Shown here: piece after piece, positions 36,005 to 49,622 of the stretch
Layout: each line of letters opens with the position of its first letter
Numbering within the stretch: position 1 is the stretch's first letter
NCBI GenBank assembly: GCA_036172245.1
Contig: JAYWIR010000074.1
Location: forward strand, 186,001 to 250,000
Source: Raillietiella orientalis
Taxonomy: Eukaryota
Direction: 5' to 3'
DNA: 64,000 nt
Notes under the pieces: generated by a model
What the model saw: only the letters and a program-made list of their open reading frames with translations
Told to the model about the DNA's origin: nothing
Database searches by the model: none
Position numbers and translations under genes: made by a program

Positions 36005-39000
36005 ATGACCTCTCCCCTATTGACCGCCAGGAGGCTGCAAATAGCCTCCTGGAATGCAAACGGTATGGTCGACCAAGGAATAAGAAAAAGGATTGTGCGG
36101 ACCATCGCACAACAAGACATAGTGTGCCTGCAGGAGACCCACAAGATGGGTCTCGAGATTATTCAGGAAATGGAACGGCGATTCAACGGGCAGAATTTCG
36201 TCAGCGAGGGAGAACGGAACACGCAAGGTGTGGCGGTGCTAATCAAGAACAACTTGACCCCAACTATTCTGGAAGTGTTCTGTTCCTATCCCGCACGAAT
36301 CATCGGCGTGCGACTGGCCTGATCCGCTACTGTTCATCTCATCCTGGTAAACGTGTACGGGCCGCACAGGCTAAAACATCGTTGTGCGCAGGCGCTGCAT
36401 GCAGCACTCCGTGAAAAGGTTCCTTTCCAAGGACGTCGTGATTGTTGCTGGCGATCTCAACATCTTGGATGAGATCACTCACTCCGAAGACGCCAGAGGA
36501 AGGACGGCGTATCAGCGGTTATCCGACGAGTTCAAACTGGTGTGGCGAACTGCAAGTCACAAGCCGATCGATCACGTCCTGCACAACACCGAACTTGGTA
36601 ACCGCATCCAGGGTTTTCGAGACATTATGACCACGGTGCCCGATCACCCCCTAGTGCGGTTTTTTCTAAGAACGGAGAATCCTCGGCGGAGGCAAGGTAC
36701 CAGGGCGGCGCTCATCAGCATGCTTGCCTGGTTCGAAACCCATCCCGGAAATCAAGCTGTCCTGGAGACGATTCTGAAGGCAACAACAATCCGAAGAGTC
36801 GCCGACTGGGACAGCCTGAAACACAGGATACACCTGTTTGTAAAGATGCAGTTTGGAGATAGGCTCTTGAGGCAGGAGGCGTACCGGGAGCTGAACATCC
36901 AAGATCGCTCACTCTCAAAGTACTTCGATCAGCACGAGAGTGGGTACGTCTTCAAGAACATCAAAGGGGAAGTCGGCGTTCTGAAGAAAAGAAATCTGGC
37001 AACAGATATCTTCTGCATCCAGTACGACGGCCAAAGGCGCCAGTCGTCTGAGGACATGGTGGATGCCTTTCAAAGGCATTACACGAAACACTTTAGGCGA
37101 CAACATCTTTGTCGCTCTAGTCAACAGGCCTCGAGAAGAGGACCGACGATCTCCAGCGGAACAGACTGGAGGAGGATTTCTCCGAAGACGAGGTGAAGAC
37201 TGCGTTTGGTCAAGTACGCAAGGACGTGGCAGCGGGCCCTGACAGCGTACTCTTCACTCACTATCAGCGGAAATTGCATGCCTACCTGCGTTTATTCCAC
37301 CAGTTGACCCTCTGCATCCGCGAAGAAGGAAGACTTCCACAGTCGTTCTACGAGAGTCGGATGAGATTGTTGCCGAAAGGAGGCGACTCCACCCAGATCG
37401 CCCAATGGAGGCCAATCTCGATCCTAAACTCCGATGCCAAGTGGTTGGCGAAGATCTGGTCCAACCGCTTAGGCAAGGTCATGTCGAGGCTGATCTCTCC
37501 GGTCCAGACATGTGCAGTCCCTGAACTTCACATGTCGGACAATGTCAAGTGTGCCCAGGCCACCGTCAGACTCAGCCGATATGTCGACGAGAACCTTGCG
37601 CTGGTGTTCACTGACATGGAGAACGCTTTCCACTGCATCGACCATGGGATGTTGCTTAAGGTTCTAAAAAGCTAGGCCTTCCGGAACACTTCAGCAACTT
37701 CGTGAGGGTGGTACTCCAGAACCAGTATTGCCGAATCAAAATCAACGGCCAGGAGACGGTTGCAATTCGGATGGAACGGGGAGTCCGGCAGGGCGATTCG
37801 CTAAGTCCGATGCTGTTCGTCATCCACATGGAGGCGTTGTCGTCCTTTATCGAGAAGAGCGGACGACTGCAATTCATAACAATCGATGGCCAGCGTCTTA
37901 CCCATCTAGCATGCGCTGATGATCTACTCTTCTTTACCCAGGGAGAGAGAAATCAACGAGCGTTTCTGGATGTGGTAGACGTGATGGATCAAGGCCTGGG
38001 TCTAAAGATCAACGCCCAGAAAAGCCAGCTCTTGCCCGTTGGAATCTTCGATCTCTCCACAATAGCGGAAAGAGGATCCCGAACGGTGGACAAGGTTAAG
38101 TACCTGGGTGTCTACATTGGCGACCTCTCCGCGTCGAAGCTATTGTGGACCGAGATCCTAGGGAAAACGGCCAAGGAAGCAGCCAAGTACACCCGAGCGG
38201 ACCTTGGAATGAAGCTAAAGGCCAACATATGAAACGGAGTACTCCTTCCAAAAGTGCTCTTCGGGGCGGCCTTCGCGAGGATAAACAAGGAAACCACGAG
38301 GGAGTTCGACAAGCTGCAGAGAAAAACACTGTGGGGCAACTATCGCCCAAGAGTCCGACTAAAACCCCTGTGTCGTCCCAGGGGAGAACGCGGTTCCGGG
38401 ATGAAGTCGCTTGTACACTCCATAGAAATCATGGATACGCGACACATCCTGGACATTGCCACTCACTGGGAAGACGGTGCAGAGTTACCCTTCAACGAAT
38501 CCAGGACTGGTAACGAGGAGGGCACCTACATCACACTCGTATACTTAGGTATATAGAGATGATGTTAGGAAGGTTTACCCACATGACTCGCGAAGTGTGG
38601 TTCAATCACAACGACTTTGCATGCTCCAGGGTAACCAAAACAAACCTCCGAAGTCTAATTCAAGAAGAACACAGTGATATTAGTGCCCTCCAGGAAGCCG
38701 CCGGTCGCTACGGGAGTGACCGGATCAACCTGTTAGCGATTGGCACGACGCTCTGGAGGAGTGACCTTCCGCCGGGCACCCAGGATGACCTCCTGATGTT
38801 TTATCATGGAGGAATCTAGAGTGGGTCCCGATTGCAGCACTACACCGGAAGAAGGGAGGATCGAGAGTGCACAGCATGTGGAGACATCGACATGTGACTT
38901 CACGTCTTGACGTTTCCCACATTGCTGCATGACTGGCTGATCCTGAAAAGGATCATCGGACTCTCCACCAGGTCCGTAATGGAGATCCTCGCCGAAATGT

Positions 39001-39275
39001 TTCAGGGGGATGGTAATGTTCCCTGTTACAATCCCATGGTGAGGACGACCATCGCACTCTTCATCACCGCCATACTTGTGTGGTGGTTGAAAATGAGGAA
39101 AGCCAGAAGAGCCGCATCACCGATGGAGATTCCACAAGGGCTCCTAAAGAGGGAAATCGGCATGAGAAACTGTGGGAAAATTCAAGCCTGGACGTACCGA
39201 TTCATCCTGAAGTGGATAGAAGACGACGCCCGGGACCAAACAGCAGGAAACCCACCATGAGTGCAGAACTTGTGA
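36005..39275 (+). pseudogene. C ORF2 (APE-RT), frameshifted
   Basis: SWNANG, CLQETH, NVYGP, GDLN, IDH, WRPISILNSDAK, GVRQGD, ACADD, KYLG. Confidence 0.9.
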
Positions 39276-39401
39276 GTACCCAAGGACTTCATAGTGGTAA
39301 AAAAAGTGCTAATGGTCTGGATGAGATTGTAGTGTGAATGTTTTTATAGAAAAATTTTAGAAAAATAAATTTACCCTACCCCTCGTGGGACTTGGGGAAA
39401 A

Positions 39402-39416
39402 CTGCCGAGTCGGCGA
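39402..39416 (+). repeat. 15-bp TSD, right copy
   Basis: Pairs with 34076-34090. Confidence 0.88.
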
Positions 39417-40762
39417 TAGGGCGACTGCATGCAGCGTGCTTTTGCTCGTCGCGACGCTGCTTTTTACAGCTTTGGTAGCCTTTGCAGAGGGGCCTGCGCT
39501 GCAGTGGGGCTTTCCGGAACTCGGAGGTGACAAAGGAACGGGGCAAGAAGTCTTCCCACTGTTGCGATCTTCCTGTTTTCCTACTTTTCCCTCCAGGGTG
39601 TTACGGAGATTCCCTGGTTCCTGGCTCGGAGAGGTGCATGCGAGTTCGGCAGAGAGGGAAGGCACGGCACGCGTCAAACCCTCGCGCCCCTTTTTAATTG
39701 GCTTCCCCGCCGTGACTTCCCCCTTTCGGGGCGCTGGGGGCATGGATGCTTTCTTTTCATCCGCGGATCGCTCGTGGATTTTTGCGAGTTTTTGCGGACG
39801 ACGTTTTTTATTTTCCGCTGCGGCTTTTCGTGCAGTGGTATCTTGAACCCGACGAATTTCCGCTGCAAGTCTTTTTCTTGCAAGTACCGGGCATTTCTTG
39901 AATTCGTGCCCGGTATGTTTGCAATAGCGGCATCTTGGAGAGGGGCACTCTTTCATTCGGTGTCTATCCTTGCCGCACTGCTCGCACGCGCGAGTCTGGC
40001 CTATGAGCCACAAGTGAACGACCGAGCCGTTCACCTGCAGCTGCTCAGGCACAACACGCCTGTTCGCAAATGTGATCCGCGCGGAGGCTTGTCCAATGTG
40101 GACAGAGGGGAAATCCTTTAGAGGATTTGGCCTCTTCTACAGAGCGTGCACGGTGGCGAACTTCGCCAGCACACTTACGACATCGCGGTCGGAGATTTCC
40201 GGTTCTATGTCGGACAATTAAACGACAAAAGAGACGTGCATCGCGGTAGGTAGGACTTCGTTTCCATTGATGGTCAACGGCGTACGGAGAAGGCGCTGCA
40301 CAAGTGCTGCGTTCTTGCACCGAATCTTGTATATTCCATCCTGCCAGCAGGCATTATGGCAAGGAGTTCCTCCTCGCGAACGCCTATCCGGACGAGCTCA
40401 TCATTGAGCTCACGACCGATTCTCCCGTTAAGTTGCTCACTGACCTTATAACGGAATGCAGGCATGTATCCTGATGACACATATGCCTGGAACTTCGCAT
40501 CGCAGGGTCCTGGTCTTTGGGAGGTAACGGCGGCGTAACTCCTCACCGTGGGCGAGGAAGCCATTACGGAGGATGCGGTCACTTCAAGTGCAGCTGAAGT
40601 GCATCCAGTGGCTTGCTCCTCCACTCTATCCTGTGTACTGGCCATGTTGCACTATGCTACTTGTCAGATAGCACAGGAACACACAAGTGCTAGGGAAAAC
40701 GCAGGCACAAAGTTGCCCGATCGTTGGCGCGGATAGACGCGGAAACACGTTTGCACTGTACG

Positions 40763-41492
40763 AGCGCAGGATATCGAGAAAATCGCAGGGTGTCGTTTGT
40801 TTTGGCAATGCGGCTCTCGCAACACCTGTGAAGTCGCGTTTTTTATGAAGCCAGCAGTCGCTTCCATCGTCAAAAACGTACGATTCGACAGGGACAGTCA
40901 TGTTGGCCAGCTTATCCTCAGGTGGTCCGACTAGCTCGATTTTGTCTTGCCTAATGTGTACGCTCGGAGAGGAGGACGCGGGTACGGACAACGTTCCCGT
41001 TTCCTCGAAAGCCTGAAGCGCGACTGGCCGGCGGATACAAACGTACGCAAGGCACATCTGATCGGAAAGGATTTCCACATCCGCCTGCTCTCAGGTGTGC
41101 CTTGCAGGCAAAAAGACGCAAGCAATGAGTTGTGCGCCGCTATGCGTACGCGCAACTAGCTAAGGGACCTACCGGAAATGGCTCAACGCGTAGACCGCGT
41201 CTTGCTTCACGCCGACCTGTGCTCAAGGGTTGGCAGACGAGGGAAACTTCCGTCGACGCCATCGGACCACTTTCGGTTGTTAATCGAGATTATGCCACGC
41301 GACCAAGGGCCACGATCCAGGGCGTGGCGCATGCCAGGGGACTAAACGCGCATCTTCGGTGCGGCGGAACATCCCGTCAGTTCTTGAGAGGCGTCAACCT
41401 CCGCAACCTCAAAGACTGGGACGGCATGAAGGTCTCGGTCCGCGACTTCTGCGAGGATTTCCCTTTGTACTGCCTGCCCAGGGAATTTGCAG
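40763..41492 (+). mobile_element. Lineage E host, part 2 (rest of APE up to the PRGFG-equivalent linker)
   Basis: Picks up where 29490 stops; collinear with 63050-63773. Confidence 0.85.
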
Positions 41493-43599
41493 TTGCCACT
41501 CGGGTACGCCCGGGGCGTTTATTAATAAAAAAACCTTTACAATCGCGGTACCAGGCCCCGCTCACGCCCTTATACACGGAACCTACCGGGAGGCCGGGAC
41601 GCAGCCCGGCGTGGCACTCACCGGCAGCAAAATGGGATGGGGAAAAACAAAAGTATAAATAAAAACGCTAACAAACAAAAGTGTTTGGAAGGCAGGGAAG
41701 GGATCACTGTTCGCTGAGAGGAGGGCCCATACGTTGAAGGAAGTCATCGAGATCCATCCGTATGTTCCCCAGTTGGGGCCATCCAGCAGCTCTTCGCCAG
41801 AAGCGTTGGGCATATGGGATGATATCCCTCGCGCGTTGACCCACTCCTTCCTTGTTGGTTTCGCTTCATGCCGCCACGATGCATCGGAGGCAGCACAAGG
41901 CTGCGATGGCTGTTTCTGGCTTCAAGGCGTGCTTCACGAAGAGGGGCCGAAGAACGTCTCTAGGGGAACTGCCCGTAGGGAGACCGAGAGTCGTCTCAAA
42001 CCGTTCCCAAAGAAGACGAAGGGCAGCACAGTGCACAATAAGGGGAGCGATTCCCGCTCTCCGCACCTGACACACGCAAGATCCACAACTCTTCTTGTCC
42101 AGTGGCAGCATCGTGCGTTGCAGGGTAAACCCCAATGCAGCAACAGCGACGCCGACTCTCTCGACTTAAGGGGAAGGATCCTGGACTCCTGAAGAAGCGG
42201 GGGCCACTTCAGCACATCCATAGAGATATCCAGCAGCTCGCCCCATCTTCTTAGTTTTCGCGGCTAGACGCTCGGGGTCGTGGCGTCCGCCAGTTGACCC
42301 ATGGTCCAGCCGCTCATTCTTTTCTCCCGTCCCTCGATGCAGCAGGAGACTTGCCACCTTGGCGTCCGACTGCTGTCAAAAGCCCTTCTCAGGAAGGGCA
42401 GCGTCGTAGCTAGGAATGTTGTCTCTGCCCACGTGCTTCTAGCTGGATTCTCCAGGAGATTCCTCAGAGTGCAGCGGGCGTAGGGGCCGCATCGGAGACG
42501 ATTCCACGTTTCGTGGCTTCTCTGGTTCACCAGAGCCCACGTTCCGATGTTCTCCTCCAGCCAGGCGGAGGAGTTGGCGGGGCAGCAAACCATCCAGCTG
42601 TTCTCCATGGCCAACGATGCCATGCGCCCGAGCTGTAAACCACATCCTCTGATCTTCCGGACGGAGCACAGAAGAAAAGACGCAAGTCCCTCGCACCGGG
42701 ACACACGACTGGCGATGAGGCGAGCCGGAATGGACCAGGGGGTGCTCCACATCTTTGCTGCTATGGCCAGGGTACGCCATCGCAGCTATTTCTACACGTG
42801 CTCCAACGTCAGGCGGCTTAGTCCGCCGTCACGATGGGGAGCGCACAGGTCCTTCAAGGGGAGTCAGGGCCTCCCCTTGGCCCAAAGAGCGATGGGAAGG
42901 AAATCCTTCATCCTCTTTTTAACAACTCCTAGGGCGGGGCAAACAAAAAGCAAGGGGCGGAGGATGGAGGCTGCAAAAACGTTCCAAACCAAGGCTCGCT
43001 CCGGCAAGCAAAATTCGACTCCCAGGTACGGGCCGATCGCCGTTTCGACTTTTTGTAGGCAGCTGGACCACGCTTCCGCAGGGGACAAGTCCTTCAACGG
43101 CACACCAAGGTATTTGATGCAGCTCGCCGTGGGGATCCCCAAACGGACACATTCCTGCTGCCAAGCCCACGCCGCACCGACTGGCAGCACCGACAACTTC
43201 GTCTTGTTCACCTGCAGTCCGGTCCCGCGGCTGAGCAGGTCGAAGAAATCTCCGACCGCCTTCTCCGGGGTGTACATAGATTACAGGAGCAGAAGATCGT
43301 CGGCATAAACACTTACGGCGGGCGTGCCGGGGCACGAGCTCGGCAAGGGGGCCAAAGTCACCCTGTACGCTCTCAGCACCAACTCAAAGTAGGTGCTGAA
43401 GAGCAGGGGACTCAGGCTATCTCCCTGCCTGATGCCCCGCCGCACCGGCACGCCATGCACCTTCTGACTGCTGAAAGAGACGGAAATTATCGCATGGCGC
43501 CAGCAGGAGCGCAGCTAGTTGATCAAGGAGGGTGGGAAGCCCATACGACCCAGGAGCTCCAAGAGGAGTTCCTGGACTACACAGTCGATCGCCTTGTGC

Positions 43600-46500
43600 G
43601 CTCTAGGGCGGACGTGTTTTCTCGTTGCTCCTCGGGCCAGAAAGTCGTCGTGTGGTTCGGGAAGCCCGCTGGGCCAGGAAGCAGCGGCAACGCCGCCCCC
43701 AGAGGCGATATAGAGCCAGGGGGCGGCGGCAACGTCGCCTTTAGAGGCGATGGAGGTGGGGGCATCCCCCCCACAGAATCGGTCCCCGCTGCAGCGCGGG
43801 TGTGGATCGCCGTTGTGTCGGCGCCATCGCCTGCAGCCGCGGCGGAATTGTCGGCCTATGTAGAGAAGTACAACCCCTCATTGTTCTACAAGGTAGGCAA
43901 TCTATATTCTTTAGAGAGCGCAACCGCCTTCTCGAAGGGCATGCGCGCTCTCGATATGAAAGAGGAGGAGCTTAGCGCTATGACCATCCGCAGCGGGGAT
44001 CAGTACGTTGAGGTCATCTGCAAACATGCAGAGCTGGCCCAACGACTGCTTGAAACCCCCGTTGTGATAGGAACACGCAGGCTCCTCCCTATTACGGCGG
44101 ACCGCAGCATGGTGGTCCACCTCTTAGGTGTTACCGTGCGGAAGCGCAAGGAACAGGTTCGCGCCCAGTTGGAGGAATACGGAAAGGTCCACGCGCAGTG
44201 GAAGAAAGTTAGTCCTTTCGAGGACTACAAGGGGCTGCAACACGGTCTCACTGCTGCGCGCGTGAGCGTTCGGGAGGGCTGCACTCTTCCCCACAAACTG
44301 GTGGTCGAAGGCGAAACCGTCGACCTCTGGTATGTGGGGAAGCCGAAATACTGTGGCTTCTGCAATACGTCGGGCCACCTCAAAAAGAGGTGTCCTAATG
44401 TGCAGTGCCAAGTATGTGGCACAATGGGCCACACGAGGAAGGTGTGCCCAAAAGCAGCAGTGCGGGTGGTTGCCAAGAGAAACCTTAAAAAACGCGCCCG
44501 GCTTCTGCAGAAAAGGCTGGCGGCGAAAGCTGCCGCGAAGGCTGTGCCACCCGCTCCCAAGACCCAGGCCGCACCCCAGACCCCTGCGACCAACGCCGAA
44601 AAAGTTGAGGCAGCCGGACAGGAGACTGGTTGGCAAGTGGCAACTGCCAAAAAATTAAAGAAGGAGAGGAGGATGGAAAGGAAAATCGCCTACCAACAGA
44701 AGAAGAAAGAGAAGGGTAGCGCGATAATTAAAGAGTGCAGCGTCGTTGTCGAACGCGTTCTCGATGTTGCCGAACGCTGCCGGAAATAACTCGCCGCTGC
44801 CGACGAGCTCCGTTCTGTTGACACAGTCAACAGCGAGGAAAGCGAGCCGGCGGCGGCGTCCGTCATCCACACCACCATCGATGACGTAGCCTTCGCGCGA
44901 GCCGCGGAGGAGCTGGCAGCCTCGTTGCAGCCATAACCCTCCAAGGCTGGCAAGAAGGCCGTAAGGCGTCCGGCCTCCCCTCAGGAGTCCCTTACTTCCA
45001 CCCCCGAGGTGGATGCCGGAAGCGCAGCCTCCGTTTCCACGGCAAAGCGCAAGAAGGCTTACGTAAGTCCACAAAGCCAAGGAAGCTCGTATTCCCCGTC
45101 GAAGGGGAAGAGATGGGTTCCGCAAGCGAGGGTGCCATGAGCGTGGGAAACTCTCGGGACCCGTCGCCCGGGAGACTCCCACGCGCGGACACGGAGGGGA
45201 TGGAGGGGGGGTGGAGGCCGCACAGGTGCCTCAGGTGCCTGAGAAGGCAGAAACCCCCATGGATACCCCGCCCGCCTCGCAAGAGGAAGGCTCCCCACAC
45301 CTGAATCTTCCCAGCAGTAATGCCGGAAATCTCCTGCCGCCGTCGTCTACGCAACGCCGTTTGGAACGTGAACGGCATCACAGACCCCGGCAGGAGACCA
45401 GACATGGCCGCCCTTCTGGAGTCCTACGACCTCGCGCTGCTGCAGGAGATCCACGTGATCTCTGCAGAACAAGCGCAAGAGATCGAACGGATCTCCGGAG
45501 GGCGGCTACGGTACAGGTGTGGGAGAGCGAAAAGTTGCGGTGTCGCCTACCTGCTTCGGCCAGCCGTCGAGGCCGCGGCTCGGGGCGTGCGGTTCGACGA
45601 TAACGGTCGTGTCGGTTAGCTGACTCTCAGGTGGTCCGACTCAATCGCTCTGATCGTCACGAACCTGTACGCACCGAGCGGCAAGGACCTGATGAACAGG
45701 AGGGCGAGGAAAAAGCTTTTCCTTGCCCTCCGGAGAGACTAGCTGACCGAAGCAGGCTTGCGGAATGCCCATCTGGTTGCAGGCGATTTCAACGTTCGCC
45801 TGAAACCAGATGGGCAGAATCCCGAGCGTGACCTGGTCAACGAGGTGTGCATGGCGGTGCACACCTGTAACTTGTTGGCCAGTGCACCAAGGATGGAAGA
45901 CAGCATTGACCAGGTGTTTCTTGACGAGCACCTGTGCCCTCGCGTGGGCAGGCGCGGCAAGTTACCGTGCGAGCTGTCCGACCATCGCCCGCTAGTCCTC
46001 GGGATCCATTAGCGCGACAGGAGCCCCCCCTTGTCAGCGTGGCGTCTCCCAGGGGACTGGCTGAAGCTCTTAGACGCGGCGGAACATCTCCGCACATTCA
46101 TAGGGAGCTTCAGGCTGCGGACACTCAGGGATTGGGACCGCTTCAAGCGGTCGGACTAGGAGTTCTGCGATCAGTTCTCTCTGCCCCGCCTACTCACGGG
46201 TTTTGGGACCGGGGTCCGTAACAAAGGAGCCTACCTGCAGGCCCGTCGTTACGCCAGGACCCCCGACATGCGCAGGCTGGCAGAATACAAAGCGGGAGCC
46301 GAGAGGCAAGCCTGGCAGTCCGGATCGGCCAGCTTACTGGATGATCAGGGCCATGAGCATTCGGCACCTGCTCAAATCCGCCGCCTGCTGCGGAGTTACT
46401 ACTCCTCCCTGTATTCCAGGGCACCTCCAGAGAGGAACGTTTACGACTCCTGCTTCAGGAAGGCGCTTCAGCGATCGGAAAGGAGCAGAGAAAGACCCTC

Positions 46501-48125
46501 GACGAGCCTTTCACGATGGACGAGATCCTCTCGGCCATCGAAAAGCTCAAGAGGCGAGAGGCTTCAGGGGAGGACGGCCTGCCCGCGGAGTTTTATCAAA
46601 CTTTCGCGGCTGAGCTTACCCCCCTGGTACAGCAACTCACCTTGCTGATACGCGAAACAGGTGACGTTCCCGCCTCGCTTCGTTCGGCAAAGGTGCGGCT
46701 GCTCCCTAAGGGAGGAGATCTGAGGAGCACGATCAACTGGCGTCCCATCACAATAGTGAATGCGGACGCCAGGTTGCTAGCAAAGGTTTGGGCAGAGCGT
46801 TTGGGACGGGTTGCCAACATCTTCATCAGCCCAGAACAGACATATGCTGTTCCCGGGCGAAGCATGGAGGCGAACCTGTTCCGCGCTTCCACCTGGCTAG
46901 AGCTCCAACATGAAAGGAGCTTGGTGTGCAGCCGGCATTCCGGTGCGTGCGCCGGCAGGGGGTTGGATGGTCGGGAGGGGGAGGGAGCCCTTGCGGTCGC
47001 AACCGACTTGCGGAAAGCATTCGATTGCGTCGACCAGAATCTCCTTCTGGAGCTTCAGGATCCCTTGCGCTTCCCGGCCTCATTAGTGGCCTATCTGCGC
47101 TCCAGCTGGCGCGACGCGCTTTTCAACGTTACATTCAGCGGGCAGACCGTGCACGGCGTGCCGGTGCGGCGTGGAATCCCGTAGGGAGACAGCCTGAGCC
47201 CCTTACTCTTCAGTACCTACTTTGAGTTGGTACTGAGAGCGTACAGGGGAACTCTGGCGCATCTGCCGCACGACTGTGCCGGTACGCCGGCCGTTTCAGC
47301 ATACGCGGACGACCTTCTGCTGCTGCTCCCTATGTCCACCCCGGCTTCGGCGGTCGAGGAGTTCTTCGACCTTCTGCATCGGGGAACCGAACTTCCGGTG
47401 AACAGAGCGAAGTCTTCCGTGATGCCAGTTGGTGCGGCGTGGGCAGGGCAGCAGGACTGGGTCCGTTTGGGGATCCCCACGGTGAGGTATTTCAAGTACC
47501 TTGGTGTGCCGTTGCGGGACTACTCCCCTGCAAAAGCGTGGTCCGGCTTCCTCCAAAAAGTGGAGACGGCGATCGGACCGCTCCAAGGCGGCAGGTTTTT
47601 CTTGCCTGAACTGGGTGCAGTTTGGAACACGTTCACGGCTCCTCTCCTCCGCCCCTTGCTTTTTGTTTGCCCCTCCACAGAGAGAATAAAAAAGCGGACA
47701 AATGACCTCCTTGGTATCGCCCTTTGGGGCAACGGGAGGGCCCGAGATTGCTTAAAGGACTTGTGCGCTCCTCGTCGGGATGGTGGTCTGGGCCTCCTGA
47801 CGCTGGAGCGGCTTTAGCTTCAGCTCCAGTTCCGCTTGTCGGCATTCGTTCCAGAGTTGTGGTGCACCTGTTGGTGCATCCCTGCACGTCTCCTTCTTCA
47901 GCAAGCCACCGGCAAGACGGGACTGACGTCGTTTCTTGCACTCCGTCGCCGCGTGAACCGATGCGGACTCCAGCTATGGAGGGTGGCTGCGCTGTATCGA
48001 AAAAACCCAGGATTGCTCACCTGTCGCCTGTTGAACGGTAGCGCCTGGTTGCAGGAAAGTGTTCGAACGTGGGGACAGTTCGGCATGCAACGCTTCCAAC
48101 AGGAACGAAGGTTCCTGTTTGGGGG
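43600..48125 (+). mobile_element. Lineage D LINE (D1), 5' end intact, 3' end deleted
   Basis: GACGTGTTTT at 43611; knuckles CGFCNTSGHLKKRC and CQVCGTMGHTRKVC; ORF2 from 45320 with WNVNG, GDFN, DLRKAFD, AYADD. Confidence 0.9.
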
Positions 48126-49584
48126 TTGCACGAGGGACCTTTGTTGAAGTCTTCTTTCCTTCATTACGGTTCCTCACTTCGCGTGGCGCCGTAAATGGAG
48201 ATTGTGCTCCATGGCCATCTTTGAAGCCATTAGCGTCTTTGGACGGGAGCACTTTCGATGGCTCCGACACGCTCGTCATGGACGCTGCCTTCGGAAGGGC
48301 TTTTAATCCCTTCGTTGGCATGGCATCCGCGCCAGTCGAGAGCTTGCTCTCCGATTGCGACGGCGTGAGATTTTTCTCCGCTTTCGCGGTGTTGGATCGC
48401 GACGCGGATTTTTTTTTTCCGACTTTCGAAGTCGACACGGCACAACCCTTCTTACCCGATTTGGGCTTCTCAGCCACTGCAGGAGGTGAAGGAATGGATC
48501 TGACGGTACTGGAAGTGTCCTTACCGCCGTTGTCCATTGGCGTCCCCGCCGGTTGCTCGAACTCCGAGAGAGCCGGGCGTGCTTGGGAAGGACAGCTATT
48601 GCGCCTAGGGGGACTTACCATTGTTTCGGATTCCCCGCACCCTTTCTTTTGCGGCTCCCCTGCCGCGAGAGGGGGCGCGCAGGGCTTCGCGTGCGAGGTT
48701 TCCTGCTGCTTTGGGGCGACATTCCGCCTCGCGATTTTTCGGAATTTCTGCCGTGGGGTCTCCAGGTTTTTCGCAGATTTTTTCTTTTTATCCGCGCTTT
48801 GTTTTTTAAAATTGAGCTCCGCGGCTGCCTTTTTTCGCAAAAGATCCGGGCAATTTTTCAATTGAAGCCCGGATAGTTTGCAATAACGGCATTTTCTAGA
48901 GGGGCATTTATCCAAACAATGCTCCTCCTTCCCGCATTGCTCGCACGTTCTTACTTTGCCCACGAACCACAGGTGAACGACCGTGTCTTTCACCTGTAGT
49001 TTGGTGGGCAGCAGACGGCGGTCCGGCATTGTAAGCCGGACTCCAGCGACTCCGCTATGTATGGACGGGAAGTCCTTGAGGTTGCTACGCATCCTCCACA
49101 GCGCATGGACCGTGGCGAATTTCGCCAATGCGTTCCGAATATCAATATCGCAGATTTCCGACTCGATGTCGAAAATCTCCGCCACAAATGAGTCGTCCTT
49201 GGCGGCCGGGAAGACCTTCTGGCCACGGATCGACAACGGGTCAGTTCATCGTTGAACTGATTTCCGTCGCGCGCAGAAAGAAAGCCACTCACCTTATATC
49301 GGAGAGCAGTTCTATAGCCTTGGGCTACGTATGCCCGCAACTCCGACTCGTCGAGTGGTTTCCCTTTGACGGCTGCTGTGGCAGCAACGTCAGCAAAACT
49401 CCTCTCCAGTGTCGAGAAAGACGAAGTGGAGGCGGCCGTCGGTTCCGCGATTGCAGATCCGAATGCTGTTCCTACAACTTGGGTAGCTTCGGGTTGGGTC
49501 GACATCGTCGTCAAAATGTACGACGCCAAGATGAACCGGATGAAAGCACAGAGACGAAAGCGAAGAAAAACACGTCCGCACTCG
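48125..49584 (-). mobile_element. Tandem lineage B copy (B2): 5'UTR + partial ORF1
   Basis: Highly similar to 53927-55499 apart from a deletion near 49240. Confidence 0.9.
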
Positions 49585-49592
49585 ATTGAAAT

Positions 49593-49622
49593 TTATCACC
49601 CGGTCACGCCGGGGCGTTTATT
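49593..49622 (-). terminator. LINE 3' terminus: AATAAA + CCCGG-CGTGA-CCGGG hairpin + short A tail (best-preserved example)
   Basis: Minus strand AATAAACGCCCCGGCGTGACCGGGTGATAA; homologs at other element ends; function inferred. Confidence 0.7.

Larger units (their letters stand above)
34091..39401 (+). mobile_element. Full-length lineage C LINE (~5.3 kb), antisense inside A ORF1
   Basis: 15-bp TSD; ORF1, ORF2 and C-type hairpin terminus; proteins clearly divergent from the other lineages. Confidence 0.92.
29491..40762 (-). mobile_element. Full-length lineage A LINE (~6 kb without its nested C element)
   Basis: 5' end ~40762, ORF1 from 40645 split at SPTRQ and resuming at 34090, ORF2 33416-29824, 3' terminus 29491-29520. 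Confidence 0.9.

Noticed and set aside
47974..49236. 420-aa ORF as an independent gene
   Set aside because: Chimera of B2 ORF1 running into antisense D1 across the 48125 deletion junction; ORF 43455-44789 similarly starts in antisense F.
49593..49622. Recurrent hairpin as CRISPR repeat or bacterial terminator
   Set aside because: Copies are kilobases apart, always at LINE 3' ends, with no spacer array or cas genes.
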